Below the pieces are notes generated by a model. It ran no database searches. It saw only the letters and a list, made by a program, of their open reading frames with translations, and was not told the DNA's origin. A program made the translations under genes and the position numbers. A DNA stretch of 64,000 nucleotides from Octopus sinensis (lineage: Eukaryota): positions 211,854,001 to 211,918,000 of the forward strand of contig NC_042997.1 of the NCBI RefSeq assembly GCF_006345805.1, in the 5' to 3' direction. Shown here piece after piece: positions 1-45,800 of the stretch. Numbering within the stretch: position 1 is the stretch's first letter; the number at the start of each line of letters is the position of its first letter.

Positions 1-167
1 GTCATCACATTCTGCTAAAATGTCCTATTGATGTGTTTGGTTTCTTTCCCTGATGAGAAGATTCCATTGTTTTACACCATTTTATTCTTTCTGTAATAAT
101 AGCATGTTGTCTTCGAAACATGTGTCAGAAGTTAAAGACTTTTAATAACACCTGCATTTAACTCCAT

Positions 168-740
<573 letters not shown>

Positions 741-747
741 AAAGTAT

Positions 748-778
<31 letters not shown>

Positions 779-789
779 TATATGTGCAT

Positions 790-1005
790 ATGTGTGTGTT
801 TGTGTGTCTGTTTCCCCACAACGATTGCTTGAAAACTAATGTTGGTGTGTTTACATCCTTGTAACTTAGTGGTTTGGCAAAAGAGACCGATAGAATAAGT
901 ACTAGGCTTACAAAGAATAAGTCGTGTGGTTGATTTGCTCAACTAAAGGCAGTGCCCCAGCATGGCCACAGTCAAATGACTGAAACAAGTAAGAAAATAA
1001 AAGAA
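790..1005 (+). mobile_element. SINE family A, 3' half, diverged
   Basis: GGCAAAAGAGACCGATAGAATAAGTACT...CAGTCAAATGACTGAAACAAG. Confidence 0.75.
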
Positions 1006-2344
1006 TCCAAGAATTTTGGCAACACAAGAATTGATATTCATGCGAAGCCGGAAGAAGAGTGGTGTTGGGTTTTTAGGAAGAAGGGAGATGAAGTCATTTA
1101 AGGTGAAGTCGTGCATTGCTGTTGTTGGTTGCTTCCTGAGGGACCGGCTGACCCTCCTCCATAACGGTTACCAAAGGGGTTACGTAATAGGACAGAGAGT
1201 CGTGCGTCACCAAACTCGTTTCTGGTGTGTTTGACGTCGACAACAAGGTCGGCTGCTGGTAAATGATGTCACTTGTTTTTAGGAAATCTGAGAAACAGAT
1301 TTACGAATGCGTTTACGTATTTACCCTTTCTAAATATCAAATTCCTATTTCAATAACCCATCCACCCACCGTCACTGACAGGCCCACCCCCAGCCCAACA
1401 CTCCTCAAACTCTCGTTTTACTTTCATGATACAGATACCCTGAATAACCAGTTGAATCAAGTACATCATTTCTCTGTTAGAAATGATATTTGGTTAGCTG
1501 TGTTAACAGAACACTTCACCACATCAACCTGTGAAATATCAACATTAACCAACCTGAATCCAACATTGTTTGAAGGACTTAATTAAGACAGAGATGAGTT
1601 GTATGCAACACTGACTACGGTCATGCTGGAGCATCGCTTGGAAGAGTTTAGTCAAAGAAACAACCCTTACACCAATTTTTGAAGTCTATTGCTTATTCAC
1701 TCACTCTCTTTTGTTGAACCCCTAAGTCAAGGAGATGTAACAAACCAACATTGGTTGTCAAATCAATAAATGGTGGGGATATACATACACATATATATGT
1801 GTGTGTGTGTGTATGTGTGTGTATGTGTGTGTGTGTATGTGTGTGTATGTGTGTGTATGTGTGTGTGTATGTGTGTGTTTATGTGTGTGTGTGTGTGTGT
1901 GTGTATGTATATATATATATATATATTTTTTTTTTTTGTTAAGTTAATATAAGAAAATGGATAAGAAATATATTTGATGCTTGTTCAATTTTATTTGTAT
2001 CACGATGAAGACATATCAAAGAATATGATAGATATAAGATTTAAAGGATCAAAACCCATCAAAAATGAGCATAAAAAATGCCTACACATGTTTCAATCTG
2101 GCCCCTGGGTGAACAGTGCTTCAGATCATCATGATTTGAACCAATGTTAGATGGAAAAGAACCCCACAATAAATTGCCAGATTTCATCAGGGCTTTTTCA
2201 AAAGACGATGGGATGTAACAAACTAAATAAGATGGATGAGCATTGTATTTTCAAATATCCGAATAACGTAAACAATAAGTCGTTAGGAAAGGTAGAACGC
2301 CAATGTAGTGGTGGTGGTGGTGGTGGTGGTGGGGGAGAGATATT

Positions 2345-2770
2345 ATCTCTTTACTCTTTTACTCTTTTACTTGTTTCAGTCATTTGACCATTTGACTGCG
2401 GCCATGCTGGAGCGCCGCCTTTAATCGAGCAACTCGACCCCAGGACTTATTCTTTGTAAGCCCAGTACTTATTCTATCGGTCTCTTTTTGCCGAACCGCT
2501 AAGTGACGGGGACATAAACACACCAGCATCGGTTGTCAAGCAATGCTAGGGGGACAAACACAGACACACAAACATATACACACACACTTATATATATATA
2601 CATATATACGACAGGCTTCTTTCAGTTTCCGTCTACCAAATCCACTCACAAGGTATTGGTCGGCCCGGGGCTATAGCAGAAGACACTTTCCCAAGATGCC
2701 ACGCAGTGGGACTGAACCCGCAACCATGCGGTTGGTTAGGAAGCTACTTACCACACAGCCACTCCTGCGC
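2345..2770 (-). mobile_element. SINE family A (tRNA head, central TA/TG microsatellite, LINE-like tail), full length
   Basis: Head GCGCAGGAGTGGCTGTGTGGTAAG...GGTTCAGTCCC (A/B boxes); tail GGCCGCAGTCAAATG with (AAAGAGT)n; six near-full copies in the window. Confidence 0.85.
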
Positions 2771-3191
2771 AATCTAATGAAATAAAGCAATCTAAAAGAT
2801 GATAATATTTAAAAAAAAGACAAATTCTGCTAAAATAAAATCTAATATAAATATGATAAGATTTACAAAGAACAAAAAAACCTCACAAGACTCCTATTAG
2901 CTATTACATATTTTGTCTCAACCAAAATTATGAAATGGTACAAGATTAATTGTGCATAAACTTCATTGACCCAAACATTTTCCCTGTTTGTAGTAAAGGT
3001 TTATGTACCCCGAAATAAAACAAAAAACATGGTTCTTAAAGAAATATTCATTCTTAATGCAACACGAATACTTCAATAACTTCATTTACCATTATTATCA
3101 TTACATTCAAAAATGAGTAAATCACCTATTTCAATGAACTGTATCATATAATTGCCATTACTGTATTGATAAATAAAATAACACATGCTCT

Positions 3192-3285
3192 CACTTATTA
3201 TTATCATGTTATAAACAAACAGAATTTCATGTATAAAATTTTATACATGAAATTCTGTTTGTTTATAACATGATAATAATAAGTG
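3192..3285. repeat. Perfect spacerless 94-bp palindrome
   Basis: 47-bp arms centred on GTATAAAA|TTTTATAC. Confidence 0.92.
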
Positions 3286-3788
3286 TATAAAATTTTCTTT
3301 TTTCTGATTCAGTTATTACATGTTTTTCTCTTATAAAAATATTATATGAATGCCATTACTGTATAGATAAACAGAATAACACATACAACTCACTTATTAT
3401 TGTCATATTATAAACAAACACAAGTTCATGTATGATATTGATCTTTCTTCTACTTAACTTATTACATGGTTTTCTCTTCTAAAAATACAAACATACAGGA
3501 GGAGTAAATTATACATGTAATAATAGTAATAATACTTTCAATGTGGCTCCCAATAAACAGTAAAAGTAATTACCCAATCAATGACAGGTTTTACTGTTAG
3601 TATATATATATATATATATAATCAACTAATAAGGGTGAGAAAATTGGATACTGATTTAATAGTACCATCAATTTAACACCAAGTGGCTTAGTGCATAAAA
3701 ACCAGGAATACAATAAATTTTATACGTAAATATAAGAGAGTGACCACTATGTGGTCGACTCTAGCACTAAAAATAGATCCGCTACGGA

Positions 3789-3857
<69 letters not shown>

Positions 3858-4296
3858 GGGAGAGTTTACAAAAAAACAAAAGACGAAGACAGGTCGTGTA
3901 GAAAACAAACAGATTTATTAGTATAACGCTCAGGAATAGAAAAAGTCTTTTACATTTCGAGTCTACGCTCTTCTACAGAAAGGGACACAGAAAAAACAAG
4001 GAGAGAAAAAAATGTGTGTAGTTGCTAGTATGTATGTATGTATGTATAGTTTATGAGATTTGGTTTTCAAGATTCTTTATGTGAGTTCGTGTGCTGAAGC
4101 ATATTTTGTTGTTTTTGGGGAGATTCATTCTCTTTTAGTGCCCTATTATTTAACACACTCACTGGTAAAATTTCCAATCATGGAGTTACACACACACATA
4201 AAAACACACAAACACATGAATATGCAGAATACATAGAAATGTACACACATACATATATACATATGCACACATACATACTTACATGCATACACACAC

Positions 4297-4327
<31 letters not shown>

Positions 4328-4564
4328 CATGTGTATGCGCACACACACTGACCCACATACATGTGCACAAACAAGCAAAAAGAATGCAGCTCAGACAACA
4401 GGCAGAGACAACAACTATTGAAAAGGTTTCAAGATGCAACAAACATTTTAGGAAGAAAAAAAAAAGTAAATGAGTGGAAACTTTAACCGGTGAGTGTGTT
4501 AAATAATAAGGCACTAAAAGAGAATGACTCTCCCCAGACACAACAATATATATATATATAATAT

Positions 4565-4595
<31 letters not shown>

Positions 4596-4905
4596 TGCAT
4601 ATATGTCTATGCATGTGTGTGTGTACATATATATATAAATATATTTATACATATATGTGTATATATATATATGTGTGTGTGTGTGTATGTATGTGTGTGT
4701 ATATATGTATGTATGCATGTATGTATGTCCTTGTTCAGTTTTTTTTCAAGATTTCTTGCCAATAGAGAAAGAACTAGGTTTCTAACCCAGATCCAAGGCC
4801 CCTTCATTGGAATTTCACCATTAACAACAGAGTATTTTTGTATGTGTGTGCATATGTATGTTTTGCTTTACATATGTATTCTCATGCATATAGTTGCATA
4901 TAGTT

Positions 4906-6150
4906 GCCTTTGATAAAGTCGATCATGGAATGATATGTCACAAACTGCGTGATCTTAGCATAGTTGGAAAATTGGGAGAATGGCTTCATGACTTTCTGAA
5001 GGATAGAAGTCAGGTAGTTGTAGCCAATGGGGCCACCTCCAATAACACGCAAATAGTGAGCGGTGTTCCGTAAGGCACTGTTTTGGGACCACTACTGTTC
5101 ATAATGGCCCTCTCAGACATGCCCTCAGCCATGCAGAGAGCCACGATCACAAGTTATGCAGATGATACAAAAGTTTCGCAGGTAATACAGAACCCTGAGG
5201 ACACTAAACGCCTGCAGTGTGAGCTGGACAAAATATATAAGTGGGCTGAAAAGAATAGCATGCAGTTCAATGCTGAAAAGTTTCAAGCTTTATGCTATCA
5301 GCATGCAAAACTAAATGCAATACCCAATAAATACACTGGACCTGGCGGGATTGCAATCCCAGAGGCACAATCAGTGCGAGACCTGGGTATTTACATGAGT
5401 AATGATGCAACCTTTCATGTGCATGTTGCTAAATTGGCAATGAAATGTAGGTGGCTGACCGGATGGATTCTTAGAGCTTTTAGAACAAGAGACCAGGAAA
5501 CCATGATGGTCCTCTGGAGGACACTTGTCCTAAGCCACTTTGACTATTGCTCTCAGCTACGGTCACCATCCAGTGTCAAATTAATCACAGAACTTGAGGC
5601 GATCCAATGAAGCTACATGAAGAAGATAGCCTCTGTGCAGCATATAAGCTATTGGGAAAGACTCAATAGATTGAGACTCTATTCCTTAGAGCGTAGGCGA
5701 GAAAGATATGCCATAATATACATCTGGAAGATCCTAGAAGGACTTGTCCCAAACCTTGGCATCGAGAGTTACACAAATACTAGAACTGGGCACCACAGCA
5801 TAGTGCCAAGGACTCCAAATTTGCCATCAAGATGTAGGACAAGATACTGTGATAGCCTGGGCTTCAGAGGCCCACAGCTCTTCAATATCCTCCTGAAGGA
5901 CCTGAGAGACCTGCATGGGGTGGATGCAGATGTCTTTAAAATAAAACTGGATCTCTTCCTGTCAGGTGTCCCAGATGAACCAACTTCACGGCAGGAGGTG
6001 CAGATGAGGGCAGCTGCATCAAACTCTCTCATGCATCAAATGCCAATTGCTAAAAAGCATTCGTGAAGTAAAATCATGTAGCAACACCGAATGGCGGTGC
6101 CCCAGCATGGCCACAGCTCGTGAGCTGAAACTAGATAAAATAACAAAAAA
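4906..6150 (+). mobile_element. 5'-truncated CR1/L2-group LINE (RT C-terminal half and 3' UTR), inactive
   Basis: Single frame AFDKVDHG...SGVP*GTVLGPLLF...YADDTK...LERRRER with in-frame stops at 5071 and 5608, terminal TGA at 6064-6066, then a short 3' UTR and A-rich tail. Confidence 0.93.
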
Positions 6151-7778
6151 AATATCAAGACATGTTCATATATATTTAAACGATAATCTTCTGGAAAGTT
6201 TTACTGATTTTTACAGTTCCAGTGATGGATTGGATCTGTAGTTTTCAAATTAGCTTTCTCCTTTCTGGTTTTGAGAAGCCTAATTTCTCAAGATTGGTAT
6301 TTAGGCAGTGTGTTATATATCTCAGGACCCCCCAATAATTACAGATATAAACCTGAACTTGTAATCTGTATGTATGTATGTATCTTCTATCAAACTATCA
6401 AAGTATCAATATATATATATATATATATATAAGCATATACACACAGATATACACATATATAAGATGTACTTATGTGTGGGTGTATGCATGCGTGTACTCC
6501 CCCCCCCGTTATCATTTGGTTAGGAGAATTCCCCCCTCCCCTGTCAACTCGATGCTTTGATAACCTCATTACCCTCCATGGTTTGTTGTTCTGTTGCATT
6601 CAAACAGTTATGTCAACAGCCATGTGACTCAAATATGCTTGACACACATCACAGTCAGGACAGAGGAATGGAAGAGGAGATGGAAGGAATTTGGGTTAGA
6701 TTCTGGGTGGAGTCAGTCAGAATCTAATCTGCCCTGAAGACAAATAAATGTATGAAGAAACTTCTAAAGAAGTTTGCTGCTTGCAATGGTTTGGTTTCAG
6801 GTTCAATTCTGCATTGTGGTTATGTGAGAAAGTATTGCCTTCTGTAACTTTGAGCTGACCAATGCCTTCTGTGAGGAAACAACAACCTACGGGAGGGGCC
6901 ATTGAATGCCACAGTGTAGGGATTGAAACTTAAATATGTATATATATGTATATTCTCCCCCTCTCCAATCCTGGTGTGCTTCAGTTTATACCCCACCCCG
7001 TAACATGGGTGTACGGTCCCTACCCTCTGCCTGTCATATCTTCACCATCTTTCTGACCCCACTTTTTCTGAGGTAACTACATTTCTCTTCTAATGCAGGA
7101 CAACTTTCTGTCCCTCAGTACTTCTCCCCACCCAGCAGACAGGTCTTGTCTTCCAAGTCATTTGGTGACCCCACTGATGCCAGTGCCATGTAAAAAGCAC
7201 TCAGTACACTCTGTAAAGGGTTTGGCATATTAGGAAGGGCGTCCAACCAGAGAAACCATACCAAACCACACAGCAGAACTTGATGCAGCGTTCTGACTTG
7301 TCAGTTCCTGTCAAACCATCCTATTTGTGCCAGCAAGTTTGAGTTAGACAAGAGGAAGACAAGAACGCTAGAAAGTGCAGTACCCAAAATGTCATCAATG
7401 AGAATAGAAGAAATAATCTGGAACATAGGCGAAATAAGTTAGAGATTAACCTTAATGAAACCAACATAGAAAATAATAATGTGTTTTCCATGCTGGCTTG
7501 AGTTGGACATCTTGATAGAAGCTGGCAAGGCCAGGTGTCCACACCAGGTGCCCACACCAGGTGAACATAGACTGTTTTAGTTTGGTTTCTTCAGCCAGAT
7601 GCTCTTCCTAACACCAAACCCTTTGTAGAGTATACTTCTTATGTGGAACCATCAACAATGCCTTTTTTTAAACTTGGAACAGTCACCAGTGCTTTTTACA
7701 TGGCATCAGCATCAATACATTTTATGTGGATCCAGCACTGACATGAAAGCTTTTATACATGGCACCTCACATATATAT

Positions 7779-7979
7779 GAGCTGGCAGAAACGTTAGCCG
7801 TATTTCGTCTGCCGTTACGTTCTGAGTTCAAATTCTGCCGAGGTAGACTTTGCCTTTCATCCTCTCAGGTTTGATAAATTAAGTACCAGTTACGCACTGG
7901 GGTCGATGTAATCGATTTTATCCCTTTGTCTGTCCTTGTTTGTTCCCTCTATGTTTAGCCCCTTGTGGGCAATAAAGAA

Positions 7980-7981
<2 letters not shown>
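7779..7981 (+). mobile_element. SINE family B (tRNA-like head GAGCTGGCAGAA...GAGTTCAAATTC)
   Basis: Shared consensus GAGTTCAAATTCYGCCGAGGTCGACTTTGCCTTTCATCC...GATAAATTAAGTACCAG; about 10 copies or fragments. Confidence 0.8.
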
Positions 7982-8017
<36 letters not shown>

Positions 8018-8020
<3 letters not shown>

Positions 8021-8409
8021 TCTTTACTCTTTTACTTGTTTCAGTCATTTGACTGTGGCCATGCTGGAGCACCGCCTTAGTCGAGCAAATCGACCCCGGA
8101 AGTTATTCTTGTAAGCCCAGTACTTTTTTCTATCAGTCTCTTTTGCTGAACCGCTAAGTGACGGGGACGTAAACACACCAGCATCATAGGGGGACAAACA
8201 CAGACACACAAACATATACACACACACTTATATATATATACATATATACGACAGGCTTCTTTCAGTTTCCATCTACCAAATACACTCACAAGGCATTGGT
8301 CAGCCCAGGGCTATAGCAGAAGACACTTGCCCAAGATGCCACGCAGTGGGACTGAACCCGGAACCATGTGGTTGGTTAGCAAGCTACTTACCACACAGCC
8401 ACTCCTGCG

Positions 8410-8412
<3 letters not shown>
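8018..8412 (-). mobile_element. SINE family A copy
   Basis: Aligns by eye to 21556-21949. Confidence 0.85.
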
Positions 8413-8449
<37 letters not shown>

Positions 8450-9341
8450 TAATAAATAAAATAAAACATATGCATATATATAAACATATATGTACGTACC
8501 TACCTCTACATGTACATATATACGCATATATGAGTACAGGACACCAAAAGGACGTCGAACACAATGAGAAACGAAAACATAGACACAAACCAAAGGAACT
8601 GGACATTTTTTTAAAAACAGCAATAAAAATAGAGTACAGGACAATTAACACAAAGAACAAACCCCTTCTTCAGTCGCTAAAGGTTTCGCATACTTATATA
8701 AGCAATAGTGCATATATTTTTGTGCCTGTAGTATTTATGCTAGGTGGGAGAAGGTAGACAGACTACATATTAGGTTGGGTAGGAAAAGGACATATGTTTG
8801 TTTGCACTTCTCTCTTTCATTTCCCACCTATCTGTGGACAGGATATTGAGTTACTAAAATATTTGTTAAATTTTTAAAAATGTTTTGGTGCTTATACAGG
8901 CATCTAAAGACCTGTTCCAGCCTATTAAGTAATTTGTGTCGTGATGTAAAGATTTGGTACATTTCTTCAATACATGGTTAACATCGATTTCCTCTTGCTC
9001 AATATGGTTTAGCCATACTAGTTAACTCCCACTCTGTGGTATAGCTATGGTTCCTATCTTTAAGGCAACAGATTAGTTTGCTTAGACTCACACTCCAGAT
9101 AATATTACTATTCAGAGAAATTACCTATCAGTGAAATTTACCATGTGAGTTACAGTTCATAGTATTCATAGATGTTAAATACTAATCAATTGTGCTTAGC
9201 CATAACCTGAAACATAATTGAGAGCCACCATAGGATCTACTCAGATAATATATCCCTTTAAACTCACATTAATACGTGAGTGTGTGTGTTTGTGTGTGTG
9301 TGTTTGTGTGTGTATGTTTGTGTGTGTGCGTTTTGTGTGTG

Positions 9342-9372
<31 letters not shown>

Positions 9373-9375
9373 TGT

Positions 9376-9409
<34 letters not shown>

Positions 9410-9416
9410 TTGTGTG

Positions 9417-9453
<37 letters not shown>

Positions 9454-9759
9454 GAGGGAAGGACTGTTTTAATAAAGTCGCTTCTTGTCCTTACCTTCGA
9501 AACGCGGAGTAGATAAAACAGGGGACAACTGATGAAGATAATGTTCTTTATGTTGCATGCCTCGTTTCTTTGTTTGTTTGTTTTTTTGTTGTTCGAAAAA
9601 GTTCACTTCTATGTTTTTGTTTTTTTATGTTCTTGTTTCTCATTTTGTGTACGTCTTTTAATGTCCTGTACCCATATATGCATGTATATATACATACATA
9701 TGTAGGTATGTACATATATGTATGTATGCATATATTAATATATTATTTATATTATTATA

Positions 9760-10338
9760 TATATTGATGCATATATAAAAATACGATCTAGGGATCTGAG
9801 TGTAGGAAGTTTGTAGGCTTCAAGCAGTAAGTGGTAGGTATTTATAGAACAAAAACTATACAGTGTATGATTAAAAAACAATATCAAGTTTGTTAGCCTG
9901 AAGAGTTATGCACTTTTACCCCTGTCGAAGTTGCGAGGAAATTCAATAAACTGATAGTTGCTATAGAACATACAGTTTGCAAATAGAGAAGCTACAATTG
10001 TGAATAAAAATCCAAATTGAGAGAGTGGACCCTGCGAAATGCATGCTGTATATGTTTCTTAGCAAGCTGAACGTCTTGACTTTGAGATTCCAAGCAACAA
10101 TGTAAAGTTTCATTTCGTTAAGGTAATCTCAGCCTGATGATTATCCACAGTGAGTATTAATCATTGCATAACCATTACATCAAGAGCTAAAAAACATATG
10201 TAGTGTGCATTTTACCTGTTCCACTCCCCCTATTTAAATATATATATATATAGCCATTCATACATATACACACACACAAAGACACACACACACACACACG
10301 CACACATGCGCACATACACACACACACACACACACATA

Positions 10339-10387
<49 letters not shown>

Positions 10388-10618
10388 CCATATATATATA
10401 TACATACACACATACATAATATATATATAATATTAATAATAAATATTAGGGAATAAATCCAAATTTACAGGGAAAAATCAGATTTAGGATTGAATCCAAT
10501 TTTATAGTAAAATATAATATAATATTATATTTAATTTATATTTAATTTAAAAAATTTTTTATGTTTTGGATTAAGTCTTTCTTTGTTTGATTTGCATAAT
10601 AGTGGTTTTTGTCTCTAA

Positions 10619-10658
<40 letters not shown>

Positions 10659-10978
10659 TATATTATATATATATTATAAGAAAGATATGCAGCATGCATT
10701 TCGCAGGGTCCACTCTCTCATTTGGATTTTTATTCACAATTGTAGCTTCTCTATTTGCAAACTGTATGTTCTATAGCAACTATCAGTTTATTGAATTTCC
10801 TCGCAACTTCGACAGGGGTAAAAGTGCATAACTCTTCAGGCTAACAAATTGATATTGTTTTTTAATCATACACTGTATAGTTTTTGTTCTATAATACCTA
10901 CCACTTACTGCTTGAAGCCTACAAACTTCCTACACTCAGATCCCTAGATCATATTTTTATATATGTATCAATATATAA
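9760..10978. repeat. Inverted repeat, ~300-bp arms, ~615-bp spacer
   Basis: 9760-10061 versus 10677-10978, with a few substitutions and about three 1-nt indels. Confidence 0.9.
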
Positions 10979-10988
10979 ATATAAAATA

Positions 10989-11038
<50 letters not shown>

Positions 11039-11107
11039 TATATATATCTTATATATATATATATATATATATAACACAACCCACCATTTATTGATCTATA
11101 TATATAT

Positions 11108-11138
<31 letters not shown>

Positions 11139-11401
11139 TAATATATAATATATAATATATCACACCCGCCCTACCCATCCCCACCACCAATACTGAATAT
11201 CTATATTTTTGCTCCATCTATACCGGATGTCGCTTCTCCTACCACCATTATAGGTGGTCTACTCTTCGAACCCCCCCTCTTCCATACGCTATTTCACCAT
11301 GCATTACCCCTCTCTCGATATCCTACGTTCTACTTGCCTAGACCTGTCATCATTTCTCTGAACCACCCCTCCCCACTGGTGCTTCCCTATATTTCTGCAC
11401 C

Positions 11402-11655
11402 CCCCCCCCCATAAAAGCACCATCCGAACGTGCCGATGCCAGACCCCTCTGGCCACCTGTGCAGGTGGCACGTAAAAACAACCCACTACACTCGCGGAGT
11501 GGTTGGCGTTAGGAAGGGCATCCAGCTGTAGAAACACTGCCAGACTAGACTGGAGCCTGGGCAGTCCCGAGCTCCCAGACCCCGGTCGAAACCGTCCAAA
11601 CCCGTGCTAGCGCGGAAAACGGACGTTAAACGATGATGATGATGATGATGATGAT
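11402..11655 (+). mobile_element. Family C: (GAT)n-tailed retroelement end (probable RTE 3' UTR)
   Basis: GTGGTTGGCGTTAGGAAGGGCATCCAGCTGTAGAAAC...GGACGTTAAACGATGATGAT; at least 12 copies. Confidence 0.8.
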
Positions 11656-12117
11656 AACACAACCCCCACCATTTATTGATCTATATATATATATATATAT
11701 ACACCCACATATATATACACATATAAATACACATATACACATACATATATACATAAGTGGAGGGCACACACAATGTGTATGTATGAGAGAGAGAGAGAGA
11801 TAGTAAGGGAGTGTGTGTGTGTGTGTGTGTGTGTGTATAAAGACTTGTTGACATAAATGTAGAAGCAAAGCAGAGCTGCTAATTTTTTTGAATTCAATCT
11901 GGAAATATGAAACAACAATGTTTAAAACTGAAAACGTTGCCGTTTCATTCCCCGATTTCTGTGCCATTATCTTGGTTTGTGTGGGAAGATATGGCATATC
12001 TTAAAGATGACCTCAATCTTCGTTCCCATCTGTCAGTCTCTTTTTCCCCTTCTTTCTGTCTCAGCTCTGAGGTGTGTGCTTGGAACTCCTTCCTTTTGTT
12101 TAGTCATTTTCTGAGGA

Positions 12118-12123
12118 TATAAA
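12118..12123 (+). promoter_or_regulatory. Candidate TATA box of the astacin-MAM gene
   Basis: TATAAA 47 nt upstream of the ATG, implying a transcription start near 12150 and a very short 5' UTR. Position only; no expression data. Confidence 0.5.
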
Positions 12124-12164
12124 CAAGCTTTCGTGAATGATTTTACTGTTATTCAAAGATAAAC

Positions 12165-44787
<32,623 letters not shown>

Positions 44788-44809
44788 TTGTGTACCTACT
44801 TGTTGGTTA

Positions 44810-44844
44810 TTACATAATATATATATATATATGCACGCACACAC

Positions 44845-44882
<38 letters not shown>

Positions 44883-45060
44883 GTTTGTGTATGCATGTGT
44901 GTGTGTATATATATATATACATATATACATGTATGTATGTATGTACATGTTTGTATTTATATATATGTATTTGTCTGTGTTTATGTATGTATGCATATAT
45001 GTATGTATTTATATATATATGTGTGTGCATGTATGTGTGTATGCATATATGTATGTATAC
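44810..45060. repeat. TA/CA/TG compound microsatellite within the predicted 3' UTR
   Basis: Lies between the stop codon (44787) and AATAAA (45113). Confidence 0.85.
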
Positions 45061-45112
45061 TTTTGTGAATATTTAAGGAAGTTATATTCCTCATGCTAAT
45101 TAACTGCCTTAT

Positions 45113-45118
45113 AATAAA
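45113..45118 (+). terminator. Candidate polyadenylation signal
   Basis: AATAAA about 325 nt after the stop, followed about 15 nt later by a T/GT-rich tract (tttttttgtttgtcttttgtggtcttgtttggtttttgtg). Confidence 0.6.
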
Positions 45119-45477
45119 CATATCTCACTAATTTTTTTTGTTTGTCTTTTGTGGTCTTGTTTGGTTTTTGTGACTCTAAAAGCGTAAAAGATCAGAAAAG
45201 GCTGCTGGAATGGCCCTTCCACATTGATGGGAACATAATTTAGTTAAGCAATTTGGGTCAAGTTGGAAAAGAATGGTGCAATCAAGAAGTATAACAGCAT
45301 CTTGTGGTCTGGTCGGTACTGTGATATTGTGAAAACAATATTAGGGTCTTATTTATTGGTTGTGAAAACCTGTATGGTCTAATTCTTTGGATTTGACTTT
45401 AAACCAAATTCATGGAAAATCAGAAAAAAAACAAGAAAAGAAAAGAATTGTCCAATTAATTAATTGTGATTCCTTTA

Positions 45478-45800
45478 TATCATCATCATCATCATCATTA
45501 TTGTTTAACGTCCATTTTCCGTGCTAGCATGGGTTGGACAGTTCGACTGGGGTCTGGGAAGCCAGGAGGCTGCACCAGGCTCCAGTCTGATCTAGCCGTG
45601 TTTCTACAGCTGGATGCCCTTCCTAACGCCAACCACTCCGTGAGTGTAGTGGGTGCTTTTTACGTGCCACCAGCACAGGTGCCAGATGAAGCTGGCAATG
45701 GCCACGATCGGTTGGTGCTTTTTATGTGCCACCAGCACAGAGGCCAGTCGGGGCGGCACTGTCAACGGCCACGTTCGGATGGTTCTCTTACATGCCACCA
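45478..45800 (-). mobile_element. Family C copy
   Basis: Consensus match. Confidence 0.78.

Noticed and set aside
9495-9545. GAAACGCG...CTGATGAAG as a hammerhead
   Set aside because: The core words are present but in permuted order, and no stems I or II can be formed. At most a decayed repeat terminus.
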